Notes under the pieces: generated by a model
Told to the model about the DNA's origin: nothing
The model's input: only the letters and a program-made list of their open reading frames with translations
Databases searched by the model: none
Shown: one piece after another, positions 22,540-34,060 of the stretch
Layout: the number at the start of each line of letters is the position of its first letter
Position numbering within the stretch: the stretch's first letter is position 1
Program-made: the position numbers and the translations under genes
Assembly (NCBI RefSeq): GCF_001194135.2
Contig: NC_069006.1
Coordinates: 12,436,854-12,476,582, forward strand
Reading direction: 5' to 3'
DNA length: 39,729 bases
Source of the DNA: Octopus bimaculoides
Taxonomy: Eukaryota

Positions 22540-23620
22540 ATCAAAAAGTTCCTGAACTAGTTCTGTAGCACACCAACAGATGGCAGCATACAGTGAGAGC
22601 TAGCAATGACCTTCATGAGGCAGTGTGCCGAGTGACATTGCTGTGTTTACTTCACGAATTGTGAAATTTGTGATTACATGTATGCTGTGGTCTGCAATTT
22701 TGTCACAGACAGGAAGTTGGAACAAAGAGCCAGCATGAAACTTTGCGTTAAACTTTGGAAGTCTGCTACAAAGACATTGAGCATGCTTTGGCAAGCTTAC
22801 AGCAACAAGCAATGGGTCATACACAATGTTTTGAGTGGAATGGGTGCTTCAAAAGTTGAAGAACATCCTTGGAAGACAATGAGCAACCTGGAAGACCTAC
22901 CACAAGCGATCCCCTCAGAAATGTGGAGAAAATTCATCAGCTTGTGCATGAGGACAATCGTCGGAGGACAATCAATAATATTGCTGATTCAGTGTGCCGC
23001 TGATGACCCATCCTTCATGTCGAGGATCATCACCAGTGATGAGATTTGGGACTTTAAGTACAACTTTGAGACGAAGCAGCAGTAGTCATGATGGAAGAGC
23101 CCATCATTTCCACGACCACAGAAGGCACAACAGAGCAGAAGTTCAATCAAGAGCATGCTCATCATTTTTTTTTTTTTACATCCACAGTATTGTGCATCAA
23201 GAATTTGTCCCCCAGGGCCAGACCATCAGTTGAGAGTTCTACTGCGACACTTTGAAGCATTTGAGAGAGGACATTCGGCAAAAGCAACCAGATCTGTGGA
23301 GGACGAAGAACTGGATTCTTCATCATGACAATGCACCCTGTCACCGAGCTTTCCTCACTCATGAGTTTTCTCACCAAAAACAACATGGTATCACTTCCAC
23401 ACCACCCTATTCGCCAGATTTAGTACCTATGCACCTCCACTTCTTCCCTAAGATAAAATTTCAGCTCAAAGGTTGCTGTTTTAAAACACCATTATCAAGA
23501 TCCAGAGCAGATCACAGGTCTTCAACTCACTTATGGAAAACTAGACTGGATTCCAAAAGTGGTAGGAATGTTGGGACCACATGGTGACTATTTCAAAATG
23601 TTAAAACTTAGGTAAATAAG
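22540..23620 (+). mobile_element. Mariner (Tc1/mariner, DD34D-type) element, internally deleted
   Basis: Left TIR-like TCAAAAAGTTCCTGAAC and transposase motifs; right TIR not found, sequence gives way to a family A insertion. Confidence 0.85.
22705..23597 (+). pseudogene. Mariner transposase pseudogene
   Basis: DRKLEQR, IITSDEIW, IVHQEFVPQGQT, WILHHDNAPCH, PPYSPDL and GDYF motifs; start codon reads ACA; frameshifts, a stop and a deletion near 22992. Confidence 0.88.
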
Positions 23621-23623
23621 TTG

Positions 23624-24046
23624 GCACCCATGCCAACATCGTCTCCTTCATTGGACACGAAACTTGGCTTCCGAAGACCTGTTGGGGCAAGCGAAAGCGA
23701 AATCGTGATGGCGCCTGTGCCCAGCGTCGCCTTTCTGGCACTTGTGCCCACAGCATGTGTAAGGACTTTCAAGTGAGATCGTTGCCAGTGCCCCTGGACT
23801 GGCTCTTGTGTGGGTGGCACGTAAAATACACCATTTTGAGCATGGCCGTTGCCAGTACCGCCTGACTGGCCTTCTTGCCGGTGGCACGTAAAAGCACCCA
23901 CTACACTCTCTGAGTGGTTGGCGTTAGGAAGGGTATCCATCTGTAGAAACTCTGCCAAATCAGATTGGAGTCTGGTGTAGCCATCTGGTTTCACCAGTCC
24001 TCAGTCAAATCATCCAACCCATACTAGCATGGAAAGCGGACGTTAA
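23624..24046 (+). mobile_element. Long family A element (RTE 3' UTR-derived)
   Basis: Collinear with 32543-32949 (-) and with the RTE 3' UTR modules. Confidence 0.85.
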
Positions 24047-24195
24047 GACAAATAATAATAAATAAATAATTTTTTATTAAACATAAGTTTATGGTAGTAA
24101 ATTTGGCTAACGGCTGTTTCCTGTAGTCATTACAGATTCTTTGATGACAGGTTTACTCAATCAGACCAGTGGTCAGTTTAGCAGAATTGAATAAC

Positions 24196-24928
24196 CTAGA
24201 AAACTAATGCTACTTTCATCAGATACATTGGTGAAAGACCTGAGAAATACAAGCGAAGTCTGGTGTCATACAACATTGGATCAGGATGCGATGAATTGGC
24301 TGGTGCTAACATTGTACCAGGAAGTGCCAAGGCGGTACCATAAAGGAGTTCGGCAGAGGAGCGACCTAAGTCTGTCTTAATGGCAGTGCAACAACCAAGA
24401 AGAACGATAAGCAGGAATTCTGTCCAAGACTGCGGATCAGGAGTGGCGCATAGAGCGGTCTTCAGTTGCTTATGAAAGTGTTTGACCATCCCGTTGGAAG
24501 CTGGATGGTAGCTGGTTGTACAAATGTGATGAACACCTAGGATTCGTGATAATTCACGAAATAAGGAAGCTTCGAACTGACGTCCATGGTCAGTGGTTAT
24601 CTTAGCTGGAACACCAAAACGAGCAATCCAATCAGAAATGAAAGCTTGAGCAACTGACTCAGAGGAAATGTCCACTATTGGAATGGCTTCAGGCCAACAA
24701 AAGAAACGATCAACACAGGTCAATATGTAAGAGAAACCGTGACTGACAGGTGATGGTCCTATCAGATCAATGTGGACATGGCGAAAGTGAGTCTCCAGTA
24801 GAGAAAACTGTCCAAGAGGAGCGCAAATGTGCCTGTGGATTTTAGAATGCTGGCATTTCACACAAGAGCATGCCCAAGCAGTGATCATCCAGCACATATT
24901 AGGCCAGAAAAACCGAGCCATAATAAGC
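24196..24928 (-). pseudogene. Ty3/gypsy integrase remnant
   Basis: FFWPNM..CSCVKCQ zinc-binding half, HVHIDLIGP, CVDRF..WPEAIP, RFGVP..ITTDHGRQF, YHPASNGMVKHFH; the catalytic Glu reads Lys. Confidence 0.92.
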
Positions 24929-24946
24929 ATCACGTCGGGGTCACCA
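24929..24946 (-). promoter_or_regulatory. Primer-binding site complementary to tRNA-Trp
   Basis: TGGTGACCCCGACGTGAT is the exact complement of the eukaryotic tRNA-Trp(CCA) 3' end ATCACGTCGGGGTCACCA. Confidence 0.88.
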
Positions 24947-24949
24947 TTT

Positions 24950-25406
24950 TATAATGGAAGTAAGGCTTTTATAATACTTTTGGGGTAACTTCATCTTCCA
25001 TTGTAATTATTCTGTTGATTCAAGGAACTAGAAATACGAAGAATGAAGTTCTCAGGTGAAGTAAATTCAATAACCATTTATTCACAGGTGCTTCATACAA
25101 GAGGTTTGCTTTCAGTAACCATCTTTACAGCAGTGCGTATTTAGCCCTCTCTCCCATACACATGAGGTTCAATAACCTCTGGAGACAATGCATGTGGTAT
25201 CACAGTGGGACAAAAGTCTGCTGTGAGCTCCTAGCTTCAAAGTTTTGCTTGGCAGCAGCGTGAGAAGAATGAGAGGGAAAATGTTGTTGTCTTTTCCTTA
25301 AATAATGGTTGCAGGCGAGATCTCATTTTTGTCTCACGTATGGCAATGGATGCAGGTGAGATCTCACTGTTTCAAAATGGCGCTGGCTTCTTTGTGCGTC
25401 ACTACA
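24950..25406 (-). mobile_element. 5' LTR of the gypsy element (457 bp)
   Basis: Minus strand starts TGTAGTG and ends CATTATA (CACTACA with two C>T changes), 3 nt before the PBS; AATAAA at 25082-25077. Confidence 0.75.
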
Positions 25407-26168
25407 AGACAAACACAAAGATACACTCACAAAAGCATTGTGTTATATTTCCAAATCGTATAAACCACTTTGAATATTATTTTAGGAAGTTTAAAGTGAT
25501 TTCTTTTGTGCTATGAACCCTTTACCATTTCTGTAGCACCCCCTACCTCCCTTGATGCCCTAAGCACATGCTTATTTTATGGTTAGTCCAGCGCTACTTG
25601 AAAGGAAAATAAACAGAGGTGACAAAGGTTTTAACACTGATTGAAGCAGACCTTTGAATATAGCATCATCTCCTTTTGACAAAATCTACTAACCACCATG
25701 TGTTGTGTCCAGCCATGTATGCAGGTTGCATATGTGAGGTAGATTATAACACAATAGTGAGAAAGGAGCTTCTCAGAAAATATTCATTTATTCATGCATA
25801 CATACATATATCTGCAGTTCAATTATAGTGTGACCAATGATATACCTAATTTAAATATAACTATTTTCCCCCACAGACAATTAGACACACACATAGGCTC
25901 CACAATGACCATACTAACTATTCTATCACAAGTAATAGTCACTTGAAGTACTTAACAAGCAATTAAAAACTGAACAAGAGCCAGGGGTAGTCAAGCAAGA
26001 AGCAATACAAATAACAGAAAGATTACATTTTGGATTCACCATCACGAAAGCTTTTGCATGTTTACTAGTGTGTTGAAAATGCTCCTGTGTGTGTGTGTGT
26101 GTGTGTATTCAGCAACCCCTCATACATATATATGAGGGGGGATGCTGAAAAGTGTGTGTGTGTGTATT

Positions 26169-26550
26169 GCAGGAGTGGCTGTGTAACAAGTAGCTTGCTT
26201 ACCAACCACATGGTTCCAGGTTCAGTCCCACTGCGTGGCACCTTGGGCAAGTGTCTTCTACTATAGCCTCAGGCCGACCAAAGCCTTGTGAGCGGATTTA
26301 GTAGACAGAAACTGAAAGATACCTGTCGTATATGTGTGTGTCTGTTTGTGTGGCTGTCCCCTCCCCACCATCGCTTGACAACCGATGTTGGTGTGTTTAC
26401 GTGCCTGTAACCTCATGGTTCAGAAAAAGAGACTGATAGAATAAGTACTAGGCTTACAAAGAATAAATTCTGGGATTGACTTGTTCGACTAAAGGTGGTG
26501 CTCTAGCATGGCCGCAGTCAAATGACTGAAACAAATAAAAGAATCAAAGA

Positions 26551-26551
<1 letters not shown>
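26169..26551 (+). mobile_element. SINE family B, full-length
   Basis: A/B-box-like head (GTGGCTGTGT..AAG; GGTTCAGTCCC), internal TG tract and A-rich end. Confidence 0.88.
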
Positions 26552-26585
<34 letters not shown>

Positions 26586-26847
26586 ANNNNNNNNNNNNNN
26601 NNNNNNNNNNNNNNNNNNNNNNNNNNNNNNNNNNNNNNNNNNNNNNNNNNNNNNNNNNNNNNNNNNNNNNNNNNNNNNNNNNNNNNNNNNNNNNNNNNNN
26701 NNNNNNNNNNNNNNNNNNNNNNNNNNNNNNNNNNNNNNNNNNNNNNNNNNNNNNNNNNNNNNNNNNNNNNNNNNNNNNNNNNNNNNNNNNNNNNNNNNNN
26801 NNNNNNNNNNNNNNNNNNNNNNNNNNNNNNNNNNNNNNNNNNNNNNN

Positions 26848-27010
26848 AGGCCTGGTTAGAGGCCCAATCTTCCAAGTTCTTTTATAGAGCTTAGAAAATC
26901 CGAAGGACCACTGCAATAAGCAAGAGGGGAATATGTTGACTAAAATCATAATTAAACTGATCCTCCTGTATTTTCTTTTGTCCAAAGCCAAGAACTTTTC
27001 AGCAACCCCT
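26848..27010. mobile_element. Mariner-derived MITE, one end in the gap
   Basis: Terminus AAGAACTTTTCAGCAACCCCT followed by (TA)n; internal ARGEYVD* resembles a mariner transposase C-terminus. Confidence 0.65.
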
Positions 27011-27172
27011 ATATATATATATATATATATATATAAACTTCCTTCCATAAGATTTGTTGCAATCAGTTTTTTAAAGTTGTTTTTTTATATAATTAATAGC
27101 TTTTAACTTAAGTCTTTCTTCGAATATTGTGACTGTATGAAGAATTTTTTTATAAAAACTTTATACCTATAA

Positions 27173-27579
27173 GCACAGACATGGCTGTGTGGTAGGAAGT
27201 TTGCTTCCTAACCACATGGGTCTGAGTTCAGCCTCTACTGTGTGGAACCTTAAATAAGTGTCTTCTACTATAGCCTCAGGCCAACCAAAGTCTTGTGAAT
27301 GGATTTGGTGTACGGAATAAATGAATGAATGTATGGGTGTATATGTGTGTATATGTACATGTCTTTGTTTCTGTGTTTGTTCCCCTCCACTGCTTGACAG
27401 CCAGTGTTGGTGGGTTTACATCCCTGTAACTTAGCAGTTTGACAAAAGAGACTGATAGAATAAGTGTTAGGCGTAAAAAAATATAAGCCCTGGGGTTGAT
27501 TTGTTCGACTAAAACCCTTCATGTTGGTGTCCCAGCATGGCTACAATAAAATGACAGAAACAAGTAAAAGTTAAAAGAT
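27173..27579 (+). mobile_element. SINE family B, full-length, more diverged
   Basis: Collinear with 26169-26551. Confidence 0.85.
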
Positions 27580-28152
27580 ATAGTAGCACTTCATAATGCT
27601 CAATTAGGAAAGACAAGCATTATGAGGTGATACAAGAAAATTAAAGACACTAGTTGATGCACAGTACACTTTACTACACAAATCGGATACAGAATTTTTA
27701 TTGGAACTAGACTTAATGGACAGTTGTAGGCAATCAAGGTACAGCAACAAGTTAACACCAGCTTGAAAGAAATTCAGTGAGCAGTTAAGAGGGCCAGCCA
27801 TTGTATGTGGCTGAACAAATGAAATGACAATGAAACCTGGTTAGAAAAGTGATGTAGCTGTTTGCCTTATATGGCAAGTCAGACCTGAATGACTCGACAA
27901 ATTCAAATGGAGCTGGTGGTCCTGAAATGAAGGGCTGAAGATCAAATACTAGTCAGCTGGTCTTGTAGGCAAGGTGAAGTGGGGGATCATATCAGGGATG
28001 GGGCAGTAGACTGTAAAGCCATCAAGAGGAAGGCCCTAAAATGATGTGCATTCTCTCTTGATGACCCCAGAAAGCTACTGGTGTCCAGTATGCAGTTTTT
28101 TATCAATAGTACTTGTAAAAGCAAACTGTTTACAAGCCTCTCTCTCTCTCTT

Positions 28153-28204
<52 letters not shown>

Positions 28205-28461
28205 TATAAACATATATAAATATGTGTTTGTAAATATGTATGCATACATACACATTACAAGTAGAGTAATCATTTCCTTATTTCCGTTTGTAAATTGTTG
28301 CCATTGTGAGGATATACTGGAGTGGTTTATTTTGACTCCTGTCACCACCTCTTGTCACCACCACCACCACTGCAATCACTACTGTCACTGCTACCACTAC
28401 TGCTACAATGTCAAACAATTATAGAGAATTATACTGAATAATGTTGAAGTATATAGAGTTG

Positions 28462-28575
28462 TATAAAGGTATACAGAACTGTCTAGAAACAAATAGAACT
28501 GTATAGGACTATATATATATACATACAGTCTTATACACTTCTATTTGTTTTTAGACAATTTTGTATACCTTTATA
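28462..28575. repeat. 114-bp fold-back palindrome
   Basis: 28462-28510 pairs with 28527-28575: 49 positions, 2 mismatches and 3 G-T pairs. Confidence 0.9.
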
Positions 28576-28886
28576 TTGGACTATATAACTTTATATCCCC
28601 ACCCAAAATATGAGCAATTACCTCCCCTGTCCCGAATGATAACGATCACCAATTACCTCCCACTAGATTTTTCTACTTGTTTCATTCATAAACTTCCATC
28701 AAGAACATGGACTAAAATCTTCTTAATAAAATACAAAATTACAATAATTTCTATGTCATGATTAGCAAAAGTGAAACTGGTCAACAAACACAATATTCTT
28801 TCACTTATAAAATATGTTAAAAAATATATTGAAACTATCTAAACTGTGAGCATTTTCCTTCTTTTATTATATATATATATATATTA

Positions 28887-28968
28887 CGGACCGAGACCTT
28901 TGGAAATGGGCTGTGCGTGAGAAGACCCGGCAAGCCAAGTAAGATCGTTGCCAGTGCCCCTGGACTGG
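28887..28968 (+). mobile_element. RTE ORF2 end and start of 3' UTR, running into a gap
   Basis: GACCGAGACCTTTGG...GAGAAGACCCGGCAAGCCAAG matches 7253-7305. Confidence 0.8.
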
Positions 28969-30076
28969 NNNNNNNNNNNNNNNNNNNNNNNNNNNNNNNN
29001 NNNNNNNNNNNNNNNNNNNNNNNNNNNNNNNNNNNNNNNNNNNNNNNNNNNNNNNNNNNNNNNNNNNNNNNNNNNNNNNNNNNNNNNNNNNNNNNNNNNN
29101 NNNNNNNNNNNNNNNNNNNNNNNNNNNNNNNNNNNNNNNNNNNNNNNNNNNNNNNNNNNNNNNNNNNNNNNNNNNNNNNNNNNNNNNNNNNNNNNNNNNN
29201 NNNNNNNNNNNNNNNNNNNNNNNNNNNNNNNNNNNNNNNNNNNNNNNNNNNNNNNNNNNNNNNNNNNNNNNNNNNNNNNNNNNNNNNNNNNNNNNNNNNN
29301 NNNNNNNNNNNNNNNNNNNNNNNNNNNNNNNNNNNNNNNNNNNNNNNNNNNNNNNNNNNNNNNNNNNNNNNNNNNNNNNNNNNNNNNNNNNNNNNNNNNN
29401 NNNNNNNNNNNNNNNNNNNNNNNNNNNNNNNNNNNNNNNNNNNTATATATATATATATATATGAAAAAGGTGGGGTTTTAGGAGAGTTTAAAATTACAAT
29501 GTTAAAACTGGACAAACGTGTTTAAACCAAGTATTCAAATGTTCACAGAAATTTCAATGAATTTCACAGCGACAGATAATAGTAGCAATGTCAATGTTCG
29601 GCAAAGATCATAACAAATGTACATTATTGAAAGTTCAGCCATATTGAGTTTTTAAAATAAGTGAAGAGAGAAAGAAAAGGTTTTTTTTTTTTTTTTTACA
29701 ATTTTTATCATGGTGCGTGTAGTTCTTTTTACAATCTCAGTCTGAGTTTGCTGTCTCTTAACCTTTCACGGCTTGGTTCGAATCAGAAGATACTTTGTCT
29801 GCTATCTTTTAGTACATTTATGGTTTTACAGGAAAGGCTCTAATTTTAGATTGGTTATCAATTTGACGTCTTACTCTTTTCTTGTGGATGTTTTTGGTCA
29901 AAGAATATGTTTTTGGTCAAAGAATACATTTTTGGTTTGGCAAAGTTTAGTGCTGTGGTCGATTTGTTTCCTGGTGACAACCATGGACTACACATTTTTC
30001 AGATTCAGTTACATTTTCAAACTCCAAAACAAATTTTCCTATATTTTTTTGCTGCGTGGGAATACACTTTTTATTT

Positions 30077-30107
<31 letters not shown>

Positions 30108-31342
30108 NNNNNNNNNNNNNNNNNNNNNNNNNNNNNNNNNNNNNNNNNNNNNNNNNNNNNNNNNNNNNNNNNNNNNNNNNNNNNNNNNNNNNNNNNNNNN
30201 NNNNNNNNNNNNNNNNNNNNNNNNNNNNNNNNNNNNNNNNNNNNNNNNNNNNNNNNNNNNNNNNNNNNNNNNNNNNNNNNNNNNNNNNNNNNNNNNNNNN
30301 NNNNNNNNNNNNNNNNNNNNNNNNNNNNNNNNNNNNNNNNNNNNNNNNNNNNNNNNNNNNNNNNNNNNNNNNNNNNNNNNNNNNNNNNNNNNNNNNNNNN
30401 NNNNNNNNNNNNNNNNNNNNNNNNNNNNNNNNNNNNNNNNNNNNNNNNNNNNNNNNNNNNNNNNNNNNNNNNNNNNNNNNNNNNNNNNNNNNNNNNNNNN
30501 NNNNNNNNNNNNNNNNNNNNNNNNNNNNNNNNNNNNNNNNNNNNNNNNNNNNNNNNNNNNNNNNNNNNNNNNNNNNNNNNNNNNNNNNNNNNNNNNNNNN
30601 NNNNNNNNNNNNNNNNNNNNNNNNNNNNNNNNNNNNNNNNNNNNNNNNNNNNNNNNNNNNNNNNNNNNNNNNNNNNNNTATATATATATACATATATATA
30701 TATATATAAATCCAAGAAAGTTAGGGGTTCTGAATCCAACCTACTAAGGGATAATATCTATCCAATATACTGCCAGAAGAATACCCAATTATTATTACGC
30801 TAATGTTTTTCCTTCGTATTACCAAGTGCAATAAATGGGTGCGGGTAAAAGGATATTTCACCCTTAATTTATATAGCAATATTATTATTGTCCTTTTAGT
30901 TAATAAATAAACAGGTAAATTGACAAAATACAATGTCTGCAAGTTGATGAATACCACCTATTCCCCGCCATTTTCTTATTGCTATATATATGTGTGTGTG
31001 TGTGTGTGTAGTGGATTCTCACATCAGCTTCAATGTATGAGGGTCTAACAGCTAATATTATAACCACTAGACTATGTACACAGATGATTTTGTTTTCAGT
31101 GGTGAAGGCTTGAGTAGAACCAGCAACACTTTTTGGAAATGTTGATAGCAGGAACTTGGTGCAAATATTTACCATAAACTCATTGAACAACATATCTCAG
31201 GTTTTTTGTATTAGAGTTCCCCATCTCTTGGGTTGTTGACTTTGTTATGGTTTAGAATCCAACCTACCTTGGTAGGTTAAATGCACACCTGAGCACCAAA
31301 CCAGAAATTTCAAAGTCCTTGTGTGCATGCACACAAGTCCTT

Positions 31343-31688
31343 CGAAATTATATATTTTATTCAAACTGGAAAATAAAATATATATATTTAAAATATAACA
31401 AACATACTGATGAAGAAATGAAAGTTTTTACTATTCTGATCCAGAAACACGTCTATGATTAACTAAAACTGGTTAGTTTTGTTGTTTTTCTTCTTGTTTT
31501 GCCTTTGTGAGTTACAAGTATTGCTATCTGTTGGAGTTTTAGCACTTTAACTGCTATTTCTGAACTTCGGTATGTGGTGAAGCAACTGTTGCTGATCCCT
31601 TAATTATGTTTATATATTTAAAATATATATAAAATATAAATATATATAAAATAATATATATATATATATATTTTATTCAAACTGGAAA
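31343..31688 (+). mobile_element. Hammerhead-containing ~316-bp unit with terminal redundancy (Penelope pLTR- or retrozyme-like)
   Basis: 25-bp direct repeat at 31349-31373 and 31665-31689; AAGTCCTT at 31335-31342 and 31689-31696; hammerhead motif inside. Confidence 0.6.
31403..31457 (+). ncRNA. Type I hammerhead ribozyme motif, stem II decayed
   Basis: CATA-CTGATGA-N30-GAAA-C-AC-G-TC-TATG: complete conserved core, GUC triplet and stem I CATA/TATG. Confidence 0.6.
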
Positions 31689-31852
31689 AAGTCCTTGATT
31701 GTTGACTCACCTGAGTTTCATCCCACAGGGTGTCCAAAAACATACCTTTAATTATCAAGCAGGCATGGTGGTCTTGCTGGATCAGTTGCCAACAATCTGG
31801 TCATACAACAGGATGTAGTGGGTTACATGTTACCAGTAGCATTCAAGAGTGA

Positions 31853-31908
<56 letters not shown>

Positions 31909-32542
31909 TCAAATATGAATTAGAAGCAGCACTAATGTTGCAAATATTATTGACTGCACACACTCAATGTATGTATGTGTTTTGCTTGTTCACTGGTACG
32001 CTGCTGTTTAGTGCAATGGGGATGACTCCCTCAAAGTACTGGGTGTTAAAACCCCTGAAAGTCATAGACAGGCAAGACAACTCACCCCTAATACACACAC
32101 ATACGCACACTCACTAATGTTATATGTCATATGATGAGTAACTTTGTTCGTATACTTCTACCACTTAGGTTAATATCAGGAAATACAATCACACGTATAA
32201 TGATAAGAATTTGACTTTTTTTATCAAATGTCTTGATGCTTGAATAATATGATGAAACGAATACTAATTGTCAACAAAAAATATTTTAACCTTAAAATAG
32301 AATTAAATAAAGCGAATTTCTCATTTGTGTAACTTCTCTGGTAAACTACTCAGCCATTCTGTCATTTACTCTCTCTCCTCCTCCTGCCACTAATTTTGGA
32401 ATGTACATTCATCCAGCTCATCTTACTTTAATTCTATCTCTCCCCCTCTCACTAAATGATGTAAAGTGTGACATACATACATATATCCCCCTCTCCCTCT
32501 CTCTAAATGATGTAAAGTGTAAAGTGAGAAACCAACCAATAG

Positions 32543-32949
32543 ATCATCATCATCATCATTTAACGTCCGCTTTCCATGCTAGCATGGGTTGGACGATTTG
32601 ACTGAGGACTGGTGAACCAGATGGCTGCACCAGGCTCCAATCTGATTTGGCAGAGTTTCTACAGCTGGATGCCCTTCTTAACGCCAACCACTCCAAGAGT
32701 GTAGTGGGTGCTTTTACGTGCCACCGGCATGAAGGCCAGTCAGGCAGCACTGGCAATGGCCACGCTCAAAATGGTGTATTTTACGTGCCACCTGCACAGG
32801 AGCCAGTCCAGGGGCACCGGCAACAATCTCGCTTGAATGTCTTTACACGTGCCAGGAAGGCGACACTGGGCACAGGTGCCATCACGATTTTGCTTTCGCT
32901 TACCCCAACAGGTCTTCGCAAGCCGAGTTTAGTGTCCAATGAAGGAGAG
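32543..32949 (-). mobile_element. Long family A element (RTE 3' UTR-derived)
   Basis: Reverse complement of 23640-24046, with (ATC)n at the left end. Confidence 0.88.
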
Positions 32950-33154
32950 GTATATCAGCTATTATTATATCGAGTTGATGATGATGATAACAACAATAAT
33001 ACTTCCAAATTTTGGCACATTTTAGGTAGTTTGTAAAGGTAGTTTATCAACCCTGAAAAGAAGAAAGGCACAATTGTTCTTTGAACCCAAAAGATAAAGA
33101 GCCAAAACACATACTGCAAAGCATTTTCCCCAATGTTCTAATGGTACTCTGCAG

Positions 33155-33186
<32 letters not shown>

Positions 33187-33187
<1 letters not shown>

Positions 33188-33380
33188 TACTATCGTCATT
33201 ATTTAATGTCCACTTTTCCATGCTAGCACATGTCAGAGGGAATTTGTTGACACAGATCTTTGGATCTTCTACAGTCAAATGCCTTTGCTGTCACCAACCC
33301 TCACCTGTTTCCAAATAAAATATTTCCCCATGGCCAGGCATGTTTTCATGGATGATTGGAAATGAAGGATACCATTTACA
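33187..33380 (-). mobile_element. SINE family D
   Basis: Homologous to 8333-8560 and 36324-36500. Confidence 0.6.
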
Positions 33381-33401
33381 TAATAACCCACATACATACA
33401 A

Positions 33402-33468
<67 letters not shown>

Positions 33469-33533
33469 GCAAACAAAGTAAGTAGTTAGAAAATCTCTGT
33501 AAGAGATGACAGTAATAATTATACTGAGAAGTT

Positions 33534-34018
33534 ATGTTTATTGCCACATCAATATGGCTGCTCCGTAGGAACCAACATTACTACCATCTTTAACCCCAGG
33601 AGGATCCTCCTCCAGCTGGTTATTGATGCAATCTGCACCCGATATATATTGCAAGCAGGGGAGCAAACCCTACCATCTTCTCCTAGATGGTGCAGACGTC
33701 TTATAGAGATTTTCTAACTAGCTGCTTTGCTTGTTGCAAGATCAATGATATTTTTCTATATATTTCGAGCTGGAATGATTTACAGCTATCTCTAGCAGAC
33801 AGGTGACCACCACTGAGGATGGGCAGAAATAGCTTGATACCGTATGGTCTAGCGGTCCCATCGTCTACTAGAAGATGGTAAGGGTTCAGTCCCCTGCTTG
33901 CAATATATATCAGGTGCAGATTGCATCAATAACCAGCTGGAGGAAGGTCCTCCTGGGGTTAAAAATGGTAGTAACATCAGTTCCTACTGAACAGCCATAT
34001 TGATGTGGCAATAAACAT
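33534..34018. repeat. Long inverted repeat: ~148-bp arms (33534-33681, 33870-34018), about 90% identical
   Basis: Manual alignment gives about 13 substitutions and 1 gap. Confidence 0.92.
33809..33848 (+). ncRNA. Degenerate type I hammerhead motif in the inverted-repeat spacer
   Basis: ACCA-CTGAGGA-T-GGGC-AGAAATA-GCTT-GATA-CCG-TA-TGGT; stems I and II pair but GAAA reads GATA. Confidence 0.5.
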
Positions 34019-34060
34019 TACTTGTGTGTGTGTGTTGTGTGTGTATATATATATATATAT

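Noticed and set aside
23691-23720. CCGAAGA-N15-GAAA in the long family A element
   Set aside because: It derives from the repeated CTTGNGAAGACC module of the RTE ORF end, and the 32543-32949 copy reads GCGAAGA; no stems
24046-24135. 3' LTR or TSD of the gypsy element (AGACA at 24046 and 25407; TGTAGTCATTACA at 24122)
   Set aside because: No polypurine tract and no extended similarity to the 5' LTR; the short matches are compatible with chance
24929-24946. tRNA gene, here or in the SINE heads
   Set aside because: Only an 18-nt 3'-end match including CCA, which marks a PBS; the SINE heads do not form complete cloverleaves
9620-30803. Long ORFs containing runs of X
   Set aside because: They are open only because they cross N-gaps
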